From positions 5,728-69,727 of the forward strand of contig JANMNH010000116.1 in NCBI GenBank assembly GCA_031373745.1: a DNA stretch of 64,000 nt, written 5' to 3'. Positions 48,013 to 57,007 of the stretch are shown here, in pieces. The stretch is from Hyphomicrobium sp. GTDB lineage: Bacteria > Pseudomonadota > Alphaproteobacteria > Rhizobiales > Hyphomicrobiaceae. The notes below the pieces were generated by a model, which did not search any database, was not told where the DNA came from, and worked only from the letters and a program-made list of their open reading frames with translations. Made by a program: the position numbers and the translations under genes. Positions within the stretch are counted from its first letter, which is position 1. Each line of letters begins with the position of its first letter.

Positions 48013-49140
48013 ATGATCGGACAGATAAGCCGCCGCCGCATTGTTGCGACGAGCATCGCACTTGCAACCATGGCCTTAGGGCATGCGGTGCTTGCTGCAG
48101 ACAAAGAAGTGCGTGTCTACAACTGGTCCGACTATATCGACGAGGAAAACCTCAAGGCATTCACGGCCGAAACGGGGATAAAGGTCGTCTATGACGTATT
48201 CGATAGCAACGATATCCTCGAGACGAAGCTGTTAGCCGGCAAGACGGGGTACGACGTCGTCGTGCCAACCGGCAACTTCCTCTCCCGGCAAATTCAAGCC
48301 GGCGTCTTCCAGAAGCTCGATAAAACCAAGCTGACGAACTGGGAGCACCTCTGGCCGGAAGTCATGAACCGGCTCGCTAAATACGACCCCGGCAACGAAC
48401 ATGCCGTCAATTACATGTGGGGCACGACGGGCATCGGTTACAACGTCAAGAAGATCAAGGAACGGATGCCGGACGCCCCGCTGGACTCCTGGAAAATGGT
48501 CCTCGACCCCGATGTGATTTCGAAGTTCAAGGACTGCGGGGTTATGATGCTTGACGCGCCTGACGAGGTCACGGCCGCGACCATGAACTATCTCGGCCTC
48601 GATCCGAACTCCAAGAACCCGGACGACTTCAAGAAGGCGGCCGAGCACTTCAAGAAAATCCGGCCTTCTGTGCGCAAGTTCCATTCCTCGGAATACATCA
48701 ATGCTCTCGCTAACGGCGATGTCTGCATTGTGGTCGGCTGGTCGGGTGATATCGTCCAGGCGAAGACGCGCGCAGAGGAAAAGAACAAAAAAATTAAGGA
48801 CGAGAACAAGCACGTCGAAATTGCTTACACCGTTCCGAAAGAAGGGGCGCAGATGTGGTTCGACAACATGGCCATTCCGAAGGATGCAAAAAACGTCGAG
48901 GAAGCCCATGCCTTCATCAACTACATGATGAAGCCGGAAGTAGCAGCTAAGAACACCGAATTCATTGGTTACCCTAACCCCAATCTTTCTTCGCAGAAAC
49001 TAATCAAGAAAGAAATTTTCGAAGACCCGCAAATCTATCCATCTGCGGACACTATGGGCAAACTGTACATGGTGACGCCCAACGAAAAGGACGTGCAACG
49101 TATTCTCGTCAACAATTGGCGAGACATGAAGCGAAAGTAG
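48013..49140 (+). CDS. potF: Polyamine ABC transporter substrate-binding protein (PotF/SpuD)
   Basis: Signal peptide; 'VYNWSDYI', 'GYDVVVPT', 'YMWGTTGIGYN', 'YFHSS'-like 'KFHSSEYINALANGD', 'PKEGAQMWFD'. Confidence 0.9.
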   Translation: MIGQISRRRIVATSIALATMALGHAVLAADKEVRVYNWSDYIDEENLKAFTAETGIKVVYDVFDSNDILETKLLAGKTGYDVVVPTGNFLSRQIQAGVFQKLDKTKLTNWEHLWPEVMNRLAKYDPGNEHAVNYMWGTTGIGYNVKKIKERMPDAPLDSWKMVLDPDVISKFKDCGVMMLDAPDEVTAATMNYLGLDPNSKNPDDFKKAAEHFKKIRPSVRKFHSSEYINALANGDVCIVVGWSGDIVQAKTRAEEKNKKIKDENKHVEIAYTVPKEGAQMWFDNMAIPKDAKNVEEAHAFINYMMKPEVAAKNTEFIGYPNPNLSSQKLIKKEIFEDPQIYPSADTMGKLYMVTPNEKDVQRILVNNWRDMKRK

Positions 49141-49148
49141 GTTGAATA

Positions 49149-49181
49149 GGGGCCTCAGGCAGCCATACCTGCTGGGGCCCC
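49149..49181 (+). other. Intergenic stem-loop after the SBP gene (likely mRNA stabiliser/attenuator)
   Basis: GGGGCCTCAGGCAG-CCATAC-CTGCTGGGGCCCC folds into a 13-bp stem with one bulge and one G-U pair; no U-tract. Confidence 0.5.
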
Positions 49182-49265
49182 GGCTCGTTCAGCGTGATAG
49201 CGCTGCCGGCAAAGCCGATGTCCAATCCCCAAAATTCCTCTTCCCGGAAAATGCAGGAGTACCCG

Positions 49266-50420
49266 ATGGCGACTAAGACACTTGGCCCCGTGCGCCGGAA
49301 ATTTGCGCCCTGGGACGAGCCCGGCAAGGCGCCATTCATCGAGTTCAAGAATATCGTCAAGAAGTTCGGCGATTTCGTCGCCGTCGATGGAGTGAATCTA
49401 AGTATCTACGAACGCGAATTCTTCGCGCTGCTCGGTCCGTCCGGTTGCGGCAAAACCACATTGCTGCGCATGCTGGCCGGCTTTGAATTGCCAACATCGG
49501 GCGAAGTTATACTTGCTGGCGAAGATTTGTTGGATACTCCGCCGTACCAGCGTCCAATCAACATGATGTTCCAGTCTTACGCGCTTTTTCCTCATATGAC
49601 TGTTGAACAGAACATTGCCTTTGGCCCTACGCAGGATAGCACTCCAAAAGGGGAGATCGAGGCGCGAGTCCAGGAGATGCTGAAACTCGTCCAGCTCGAG
49701 CCTTTCGCAAAGCGCAAGCCGCACCAATTATCCGGCGGTCAGCGTCAGCGCGTGGCCTTGGCCCGTGCGCTTGCAAAGCGCCCCAAGCTGCTGTTGCTCG
49801 ACGAGCCGCTAGGAGCCTTAGACAAGAAGTTGCGCGAGGAGACGCAATACGAGCTGATGGACTTGCAGCAAACGCTCGGACTCACGTTCATCGTCGTCAC
49901 GCACGACCAAGAGGAGGCCATGACCGTCGCAGACCGTATTGCGGTTATGGACAAGGGTAAGCTTGTTCAGGTCTCGTCGCCGACCGAACTCTACGAGCAG
50001 CCGAACTGTAAATACGTTGCCGACTTTATCGGCGACATCAATCTCATTGAGGGCAATGTATCGGCGGTCGATGGCGCGGGAAATGTAAAACTTGAGGGTG
50101 CGGCGTTGACTTCGCCTATCGACATCCAAAGCGATGTCAAGGTCGCCAAAGGCGAGAAAGTTTGGCTGGCGCTTCGTCCCGAGAAGATCCGCGTTTCTCT
50201 GGATCCTCCCGCCAATGGCGCCGCCAACAGCATCGAGGGCTCGGTCTACGATATTGGCTATTTGGGTGATACGTCGGTTTATCACGTGAAGCTGCCGTCC
50301 GGCGCGACAATACGAACCCTCTCCGCCAACACCACCCGCCTCGTCGAAAGGCCGATAGGCTGGGATGACAAGGTTTGGCTGTCCTGGGGCCGCGATTCTG
50401 GCGTACTACTGACTAAGTAA
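49266..50420 (+). CDS. potG: Polyamine ABC transporter ATPase (PotG/PotA)
   Basis: 'GPSGCGKTT', 'LSGGQRQRVALARAL', 'LLDEPLGALDKKLRE'. Start at ATG 49266 after CAGGAG. Confidence 0.9.
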   Translation: MATKTLGPVRRKFAPWDEPGKAPFIEFKNIVKKFGDFVAVDGVNLSIYEREFFALLGPSGCGKTTLLRMLAGFELPTSGEVILAGEDLLDTPPYQRPINMMFQSYALFPHMTVEQNIAFGPTQDSTPKGEIEARVQEMLKLVQLEPFAKRKPHQLSGGQRQRVALARALAKRPKLLLLDEPLGALDKKLREETQYELMDLQQTLGLTFIVVTHDQEEAMTVADRIAVMDKGKLVQVSSPTELYEQPNCKYVADFIGDINLIEGNVSAVDGAGNVKLEGAALTSPIDIQSDVKVAKGEKVWLALRPEKIRVSLDPPANGAANSIEGSVYDIGYLGDTSVYHVKLPSGATIRTLSANTTRLVERPIGWDDKVWLSWGRDSGVLLTK

Positions 50421-50435
50421 GAAGGACGCGCAAGC

Positions 50436-51353
50436 ATGGCCGCCTCCCCGAATAATTCCTGGACCAAATGGTTGCCGGTTTTAATTCCTTACGGCTGGCT
50501 GCTGTTCTTTTTTCTTGTCCCCTTCTTGATCGTTGCGAAAATTTCAGTCTCAAGCACCGACACTGCTATCCCGCCCTATATACCGGTCTTCGATCCTATT
50601 GCCGATGGCTTGAGCGGCATTTGGGAGAAGGCGAAAGAATTCACATTCGACAATTACAAGCGGCTTATCGAGAGCGATCTCTACTACCGCGCTTATCTGT
50701 CGAGCCTCTGGATCGCGTTGGTGTCAACTTTCTTGACACTACTGATCGGTTATCCGATGGCCTATGCCATGGCGCGTGCGCCGGCGCACTGGCGGCCGCT
50801 CTTGCTTATGCTCGTGATCCTGCCGTTCTGGACGAGCTTCTTGATCCGGGTCTATGCCTGGATCGCAATTCTTTCGACTGAGGGGTTTCTCAACAATTTC
50901 CTGATGTACATAGGTGCCATCGACGCGCCGCTGTCGATCCTCGCCACAAACACCGCCGTCTATATCGGCATCGTCTATTCGTACCTGCCTTTCATGGTGC
51001 TGCCGCTCTACTCGGCATTGGAAAAAATGGACGACACGCTTCTGGAAGCGGCTTCCGACCTTGGCTGTCCGCCCCTGCAGGCGTTCTGGAAAATCACATT
51101 TCCGTTGTCGTTGCCGGGCGTCATTGCCGGCTGCTTCCTCGTCTTCATTCCCGTCGTTGGCGAATTCGTCATCCCCGATCTGCTCGGCGGCTCGGAAACG
51201 GAGATGATCGGCAAGGTGATGTGGGATGAATTTTTCAGTACGCGCGATTGGCCGGCTGCATCGGCCGCAGCCATTGTACTGTTGCTGATCCTCGTGGTTC
51301 CTATCGCCATTTATCAGAATCAGCAGGCCAAGGCTGCGGGAGCAACGAAATGA
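50436..51353 (+). CDS. potH: Polyamine ABC transporter permease (PotH/PotB)
   Basis: 'PFWTSFLIRVYAW', 'YSYLPFMVLPLY', EAA motif 'LLEAASDLG', 'IPDLLGG'. Confidence 0.9.
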   Translation: MAASPNNSWTKWLPVLIPYGWLLFFFLVPFLIVAKISVSSTDTAIPPYIPVFDPIADGLSGIWEKAKEFTFDNYKRLIESDLYYRAYLSSLWIALVSTFLTLLIGYPMAYAMARAPAHWRPLLLMLVILPFWTSFLIRVYAWIAILSTEGFLNNFLMYIGAIDAPLSILATNTAVYIGIVYSYLPFMVLPLYSALEKMDDTLLEAASDLGCPPLQAFWKITFPLSLPGVIAGCFLVFIPVVGEFVIPDLLGGSETEMIGKVMWDEFFSTRDWPAASAAAIVLLLILVVPIAIYQNQQAKAAGATK

Positions 51354-52165
51354 GAAAGCTATCGTGGTTCAACGCTATGTCTCTAACGTTGGCGTTCGCG
51401 TTTCTCTATATTCCGATCCTGTTGCTCGTCATTTTTTCGTTCAATCTTGGTCCCAACGTTGCGATTTGGACCGGATGGTCGACGAAGTGGTACAGCTCCG
51501 TGTTTCAGAACCAGCAGCTTATGGACGCTGCTTGGGTCACGTTTCAGATTGCACTTATTTCGGCGACTCTGGCTACAATACTCGGTACGCTCGCCGCCAT
51601 AACCTTGACCCGTTTCGGCCGCTATCGCGGATCGCTGCTGTTTAATGGCATGGTGTACGCACCGCTTGTGATGCCCGAGATTATTCTTGGTTTGGCTCTG
51701 TTGCTGCTTTATGTTGCGATCGGTTTTGAGCGAGGGTTCTGGACGATCGCTCTCGCCCATACCACGTTTACACTGTGTTTCGTCGCGGTGGTTGTTCAGT
51801 CCCGGCTCGTCACATTCGATAGAAGCCTCGAGGAGGCCGCGCTAGATCTAGGCTCGCCGCCGCTGAAGACCTTCTTTATTATCACCTTGCCGCTGATACT
51901 GCCGGCCGTTGTCTCCGGGTGGTTGCTGGCTTTCACGTTGTCGCTCGATGATTTGGTAATCGCTAGCTTCGCTACCGGTCCCGGGGCCACAACTCTTCCC
52001 ATGCGCATCTACTCGTCCGTTCGTCTCGGCGTGAAACCGGAAATCAATGCCATCTCGACCTTGCTGATTGCCGTCGTGAGCGTCGGCGTGATTTTGGCAT
52101 CGCTGATCTCCAAGCAGCAAGCCGTGCGCGATGAACAGGAGCGGCGTGCCGCCGGCAAGTCTTGA
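51350..52165 (+). CDS. potI: Polyamine ABC transporter permease (PotI/PotC)
   Basis: 'FLYIPILLLVIFSFN', 'PLVMPEIILG', 'LEEAALDLG', 'SLDDLVI', 'PEINAIST'; ATGA overlap with potH. Confidence 0.9.
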   Translation: MRKLSWFNAMSLTLAFAFLYIPILLLVIFSFNLGPNVAIWTGWSTKWYSSVFQNQQLMDAAWVTFQIALISATLATILGTLAAITLTRFGRYRGSLLFNGMVYAPLVMPEIILGLALLLLYVAIGFERGFWTIALAHTTFTLCFVAVVVQSRLVTFDRSLEEAALDLGSPPLKTFFIITLPLILPAVVSGWLLAFTLSLDDLVIASFATGPGATTLPMRIYSSVRLGVKPEINAISTLLIAVVSVGVILASLISKQQAVRDEQERRAAGKS

Positions 52166-52254
52166 GACATATTCGCGCTCGTATTGGCAATGCCGCACAA
52201 GCTATCGTGCCGGCGTGTCGCGGCTACAAACGCGTCCGCAGCTGAGCGATCGAC

Positions 52255-53529
52255 ATGGCAGAGCAGCACGTCAACTCCTATTACGCGGCGACAGTCAACG
52301 ACCGGACGCGCTATCCGCAGCTTCAGGGCCGCGTCAAAGCTGACTTTTGCGTCATTGGCGGCGGGTTCTCGGGCGTGGCCACCGCGCTCACGCTTGCCGA
52401 GCGCGGCTACTCGGTTGCGTTGCTTGAGGCAAACCGGATTGGCTGGGGCGCTTCTGGGCGCAACGGCGGTCAGATGATTGCCGGTATTAGCGGCGAACAC
52501 AACGTCAAGCGTCAGTTGGGCGAGGCTGGCATCAAGTTGCTGCGCGACATTCGCTATCGCGGACACGATATCATCGAAGACCGCGTGCGCCGCTATGGCA
52601 TCGAATGCGATCTAAAGCATGGATGGATGGAAGCGGCCGCACATCTCAGTCACATGAAAGGGTTGCGCGAATATGTCGAAGAACGCCTGGCCGAAGGCGA
52701 TGGCGATCAGCTGAAAATTGTCGAGCCGACCGAGATGCGGCAAGTTCTTGGAACATCTGTCTATCATGGCGGATTTATCGACCGGCGCAGCGGGCATCTG
52801 CATCCACTCAATCTTTGTATGGGCGAAGCGCGCGCAGCGGCGCAGCTCGGTGTGCAGTTGTTTGAAGAGTCTGCGGCGATTGAACTGAAGGGTGGAACAA
52901 AACCCTATGCACTCACGGCGTCCGGACGCGTCGATGCGACGGCGATCGTCCTTGCCGGGAGCACGGATCACGCCTTTCAGCGCGGGCCGCTTCGGGGGCT
53001 GACACTTCCAACGGGCAGCTACATCATCGCGACGGAACCTTTGACGGCGTCCCAAGCGAGCGAAATCAACCCGCAGGATCTCGCGGTGGCCGATAGCAAT
53101 ATCGTGCTCGATTACTTCCGGCTCTCGGCCGACCGGCGGATGTTGTTTGGGGGCAGGTGCAATTATTCAAACCGCGATCCCAAGGATTTGGCGACAGCTT
53201 TGAGGCCAAGGCTCGTTGAGATTTTCCCGCAGCTTGGTGGCAAGGCGATCGATTTCAGTTGGGGCGGGCGGATTGACATCGTTCTTACGCGGGTTCCAGC
53301 CATTGGCCGTATGGAACCCAATCTCTATTACTTGCAGGGATATTGCGGACATGGCGTGAACACAACGCATCTGGCGGCCGAAATCATTGCGGATGCGATT
53401 TGCGGGACGACAGAGAAATTCGATCTCTTCGAGCGAATTCGCCACATCCGTTTGCCCGTAGGCCGGTGGGCCGGAAATCAGATACTTGCTTTGGGGATGC
53501 TCTATTACCGGCTCAAGGATTTGCTATGA
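52255..53529 (+). CDS. puuB: FAD-dependent gamma-glutamylputrescine oxidase (PuuB/PauB family)
   Basis: 'VIGGGFSG', 'GWGASGRNGGQ', 'HLHPLNL', 'DYFRLSADRRMLFGG', 'GYCGHGV'. Confidence 0.85.
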   Translation: MAEQHVNSYYAATVNDRTRYPQLQGRVKADFCVIGGGFSGVATALTLAERGYSVALLEANRIGWGASGRNGGQMIAGISGEHNVKRQLGEAGIKLLRDIRYRGHDIIEDRVRRYGIECDLKHGWMEAAAHLSHMKGLREYVEERLAEGDGDQLKIVEPTEMRQVLGTSVYHGGFIDRRSGHLHPLNLCMGEARAAAQLGVQLFEESAAIELKGGTKPYALTASGRVDATAIVLAGSTDHAFQRGPLRGLTLPTGSYIIATEPLTASQASEINPQDLAVADSNIVLDYFRLSADRRMLFGGRCNYSNRDPKDLATALRPRLVEIFPQLGGKAIDFSWGGRIDIVLTRVPAIGRMEPNLYYLQGYCGHGVNTTHLAAEIIADAICGTTEKFDLFERIRHIRLPVGRWAGNQILALGMLYYRLKDLL

Positions 53530-53547
53530 GCGGCGGCGTCTGGGAAC

Positions 53548-53577
53548 AAAAAAACCGGAGCACGAGGCTCCGGTTTT
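53548..53577 (-). terminator. Rho-independent terminator (probably bidirectional)
   Basis: 11-bp stem AAAACCGGAGC/GCTCCGGTTTT with 5-nt loop; 7-U tail on the minus strand downstream of the TorF gene, between convergent genes. Confidence 0.8.
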
Positions 53578-53602
53578 GAAGTTTGACGGATAATTGTTCG
53601 CT

Positions 53603-54388
53603 TTATGGGAGCGCAACCTTTGCGCCGAATACGAAGCGATCGTCGGTGGATGTGATACCTGCCTGGTTAACATCTCTGTTGGAACCATAGTACCGCATGT
53701 CGAAGGTAATCTTTTCGACCGCGAGCGCAATGCCTGCATTCCAGTAGACGATGTCGTCAAAGTTTATGCCGTTGTTTTCCGTCGAGAATACATCTTCCAC
53801 GGTCTGGTAGCCAACCAATGCGCTGATAGTTGGAGTGAAGGGACCGATTTGGGGCAAACTATAAGCCAGAGAACCCTCGATGGAGTGTGAAGTGCCCGTT
53901 TCGAATGCATAGTCTGGCGAGTAGAAGTAGGTCACGGTACCGGTCAAGCTCTTGACGACTTCCGTGCTCGCGGAGGCCTTAAGTTCGATATAGTTGGCCG
54001 TCACATCGACGCCGCCGGTCAGATTGACGTTGTTCGAAAACTGGCTCGGATAATAATAATAGAGAACGCCGAAATCGAAATTCACGTTGCCCCACACCGG
54101 CTTGACGCCCGTATAGAAGTCTATCTCCTTGTTCGCGCCGCCCTGGAATTCTCTATCGACGTTCGATGCCCAGATACCGGCGTACCACATGCCGTACCCG
54201 ATATCGGCACCGCCTTGGATGACCGGCTTGTCGTCTCTCTGGGAGAATCCACGGAACATATAGTCTGAGAAACCGCCGATGTTGAAGCTGTAAGTGAACT
54301 CTGGAGCCTCATCTGCGGCACGGGCCGCACCGGTCAGTGTCATGCCCGCCATAGCCGCTGCGCCTGCGAGTTTCAGAAACTTCGTCAT
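53603..54388 (-). CDS. TorF-family putative outer-membrane porin (TIGR02001-like)
   Basis: Signal peptide; 'SDYMFRGFSQ..KPVIQGGAD', 'GIWASNVD', 'EIDFYTG', 'DFGVLYYYYP', 'DMRYYGS'. Confidence 0.85.
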   Translation of the reverse strand: MTKFLKLAGAAAMAGMTLTGAARAADEAPEFTYSFNIGGFSDYMFRGFSQRDDKPVIQGGADIGYGMWYAGIWASNVDREFQGGANKEIDFYTGVKPVWGNVNFDFGVLYYYYPSQFSNNVNLTGGVDVTANYIELKASASTEVVKSLTGTVTYFYSPDYAFETGTSHSIEGSLAYSLPQIGPFTPTISALVGYQTVEDVFSTENNGINFDDIVYWNAGIALAVEKITFDMRYYGSNRDVNQAGITSTDDRFVFGAKVALP

Positions 54389-54593
54389 GTCGTAGAACCC
54401 CCGTCCCAATCATCCAAGTGCAAACTAGAGAATTCGACTCTCGTTTTGCTGTTGACATCAGGAAACAGAAATGGCGCCAAACACTCAAGCAGTTCTTGGG
54501 TGTAGAGGCCATGTTGCTAGGGGTTGTTGCGAAAACGACACTTTGCTCAAGTTTTCTCCACAACAAGTGCGGCAGGTGATTAGAAAAAAGGCC

Positions 54594-55064
54594 TTAGAAC
54601 GCCAAGGCGCTCTCGGGAAGGGGTCGGCTCGTCACCTCGCGCAGCGAAAAGCTCGATTTGAGCCGCACGACGCCCGGGAGGCGGGAAAGCTGTTCTTTGT
54701 GAATACGTTCGAAATCTGCAAGATCGCGCGCCATTACGGTGATGAGGTAGTCGTTCTCACCAGACATGAGATGACAAGAGACGATGGATGGCGCTGCGAT
54801 AGCTGCTTTTTCGAATGACGCAAGTAGTTCTTCGTTTTGGCTTTTAAGCGCGATCTCGACGAAAATTGTCATCTGAATGCCAAGGGCTTGCCGGTTCACG
54901 CGGGCCTGATAGCCCTCAATCACTCCGGCCTCTTCTAGGGCTTTGATGCGGCGCGCGACGGCTGTGGGCGACAAGGGCACCCGCTCGGCAAGCTCCACTT
55001 GACTGAGGCGACCGTCTCGAACGAGAGCGCTCAATATGGCCTTATCTAGCGCATCAAGGTTCAT
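54594..55064 (-). CDS. Lrp/AsnC-family regulator (AldR-like)
   Basis: 'LDALDKAILSALVRDGRLSQVELAERVPLS...RRIKALEEAGVI', 'SCHLMSGENDY'; divergent from ald. Confidence 0.9.
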   Translation of the reverse strand: MNLDALDKAILSALVRDGRLSQVELAERVPLSPTAVARRIKALEEAGVIEGYQARVNRQALGIQMTIFVEIALKSQNEELLASFEKAAIAAPSIVSCHLMSGENDYLITVMARDLADFERIHKEQLSRLPGVVRLKSSFSLREVTSRPLPESALAF

Positions 55065-55211
55065 AAAAGATGGAATCCAGCTATTTTTAGAAAATTTGGA
55101 CGATATTATGCGTAATTGCGTTATTTTTCAACGATAAAATCCGAGTTATTCAAGAAATTTCGGAGCATGATGCACTCCAGATAACCGGAAAAGGCTTTTG
55201 GAGACAAAACC

Positions 55212-56336
55212 ATGCGGATCGGCGTTCCAACGGAGATTAAAAGCAACGAGTTCCGCGTCGGGCTCGTTCCAGGTTCGGTGCGCGAACTGGCGGCGCGCGG
55301 CCACGAAGTCCTCGTCCAGTCGGGCGCCGGTGCCGGCATTTCGGCAGACGATGCAACTTATGAGAAGGCCGGCGCGCGGATTGTTCCCGACGCAGCCGCC
55401 GTGTTTCGCGACGCCGAGATGATCGTCAAGGTCAAGGAACCGCAAAAGAGCGAATACACGCGGCTCGGCTCGGATCAGATCCTGTTTACCTACCTGCATT
55501 TGGCCCCCGATCCCGAACAGGCGCGCGGCCTCATGGCGTCCGGTTGCGCGGCGATTGCTTACGAGACGGTGACCGATGCGAGCGGCGGACTGCCCTTGTT
55601 GGCCCCAATGAGCGAAGTGGCCGGGCGCTTGTCGATTGAAGCGGCTGCAATGGGCCTTCGCCGGCCCACGGGCGGACGTGGCGTATTGATGGGCGGCGTT
55701 CCAGGCGTCCGGCCTGCGAAAGTTGTCATTCTTGGTGGCGGCGTGGTTGGCACGCATGCGGCGCGCATGGCAGTTGGACTTGGCGCCGACGTTACAATTC
55801 TTGATCGCTCGCTGCCGCGTCTGCGTCAGTTGGACGAATTGTTCGAAGGCCGGGTCAAAACACTGGCCTCGACGATGGATAGCGTCGAAACGGAAGTGCT
55901 TGGTGCTGACGCGGTGATTGGTGCCGTGCTGGTCGCCGGAGCAAGCGCACCGAAGCTCGTCACGCGGGCCATGTTGAAAGAAATGAAACGCGGCGCAGTG
56001 CTGGTTGACGTGTCGATCGATCAGGGCGGGTGTTTTGAGACATCGCGGCCAACGACCCATGCCGAGCCGACGTTTGAAGTTGACGGTATCATTCACTATT
56101 GCGTCGCTAACATGCCGGGCGCCGTTCCGGTGACAAGTGCGCAAGCGTTGAACAACGCAACGCTGCCGTTTGTGATCAAGCTCGCGGAGCGCGGACTAGC
56201 GGCGTTTGATCGCGACCCGCATCTTGCTGCGGGACTAAACGTCAAAAGTGGACGCATCATGCATGCGTCGGTTGCGTCGTCGCTTGGTTTCGACAGTCTG
56301 GATGGTTCGCGCTCCTTTCGCGTCGCGGCAGAGTAA
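55212..56336 (+). CDS. ald: Alanine dehydrogenase
   Basis: 'GVPTEIKSNEFRVGL', 'FTYLHLA', 'LLAPMSEVAGR', 'DVSIDQGGCFETS', 'HYCVANMPGAVP'. Confidence 0.95.
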   Translation: MRIGVPTEIKSNEFRVGLVPGSVRELAARGHEVLVQSGAGAGISADDATYEKAGARIVPDAAAVFRDAEMIVKVKEPQKSEYTRLGSDQILFTYLHLAPDPEQARGLMASGCAAIAYETVTDASGGLPLLAPMSEVAGRLSIEAAAMGLRRPTGGRGVLMGGVPGVRPAKVVILGGGVVGTHAARMAVGLGADVTILDRSLPRLRQLDELFEGRVKTLASTMDSVETEVLGADAVIGAVLVAGASAPKLVTRAMLKEMKRGAVLVDVSIDQGGCFETSRPTTHAEPTFEVDGIIHYCVANMPGAVPVTSAQALNNATLPFVIKLAERGLAAFDRDPHLAAGLNVKSGRIMHASVASSLGFDSLDGSRSFRVAAE

Positions 56337-56576
56337 GGTCAAATAGAACCCCCGTGCCGCCGGCCAACACGCGCCCGGCACTCGCAGAAGCGCCGGGTTG
56401 CAGGAAATTGCGGTCCGGCGTTTCGCTTTTCGAGTGCTTTGGAAACTTGTCCAGCGGTGTGAGTTGTATCTATGTGCGCCACAAGTCAATTGGCGCGCGA
56501 AGCCGGAGCCGGGCGCCGATCGGCGCTCCGCCTCTGACATTTCTGATGTTTTTGGAATTGAAATCCGTACGCTGGA

Positions 56577-56840
56577 TTAGCTACGGCTTGTCTTCCCGCC
56601 CTTGGCGACGCAAGCGGACTTCGACATCATCTTGACGCCCTGGCCTTTGCACGCGTTCTGGCCCTTGCAGCCATTTCCAGTAGACTTGCAGCTGCCTGTA
56701 CCCTTGCAAGCGTTCAGGCCGAAACATTTCACCTTATAGTCGGCTGCGTGGCCCGTTGTGGGTGCCGTGATCGAACCGGCGAGCATCATCGTGGCAGCGG
56801 CGGCGGCGAGTGTAGCGCCTGATGTTTTGGTTAGTTTCAT
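56577..56840 (-). CDS. Secreted Cys-rich peptide, BufA2 (bufferin type II precursor)-like
   Basis: 87 aa with strong SD (AGGAGG), signal peptide, six Cys in 'KCFGLNACKGTGSCKSTGNGCKGQNACKGQG...SAC..KGG'. Confidence 0.8.
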   Translation of the reverse strand: MKLTKTSGATLAAAAATMMLAGSITAPTTGHAADYKVKCFGLNACKGTGSCKSTGNGCKGQNACKGQGVKMMSKSACVAKGGKTSRS

Positions 56841-56928
56841 TGTCTTCCTCCTGATGTCGGCAATGGCATGCCGTGATTTAGGCGAACCCTGCTGATCGGC
56901 TCACTCAATGAGAGTTCAGCATCAGGGG

Positions 56929-56958
56929 AGGTACGCTAGCTGTTGGTGTAAAGTTTCA
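56929..56958 (-). promoter_or_regulatory. ECF-sigma-type promoter of the BufA2-like gene
   Basis: Minus strand TGAAAC-tttacaccaacagctag-CGTACCT (AAC...CGT with 17-nt spacer); near-copy at 58837-58866. Confidence 0.7.
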
Positions 56959-57007
56959 TATTTTCTTTATCGTGCCGGGGAATCTTGATGCTTGATCGAA
57001 ATATCAC

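Noticed and set aside
55146-56144. 332-aa ORF antisense to ald
   Set aside because: Fully overlaps a well-supported gene and lacks independent motifs; typical GC-rich shadow ORF. The same applies to the many other opposite-strand ORFs in the track.
56513-56526. 14-bp palindrome GCGCCGATCGGCGC between ald and the peptide gene
   Set aside because: GC-only with no U-tract; plausible by chance at this GC content.
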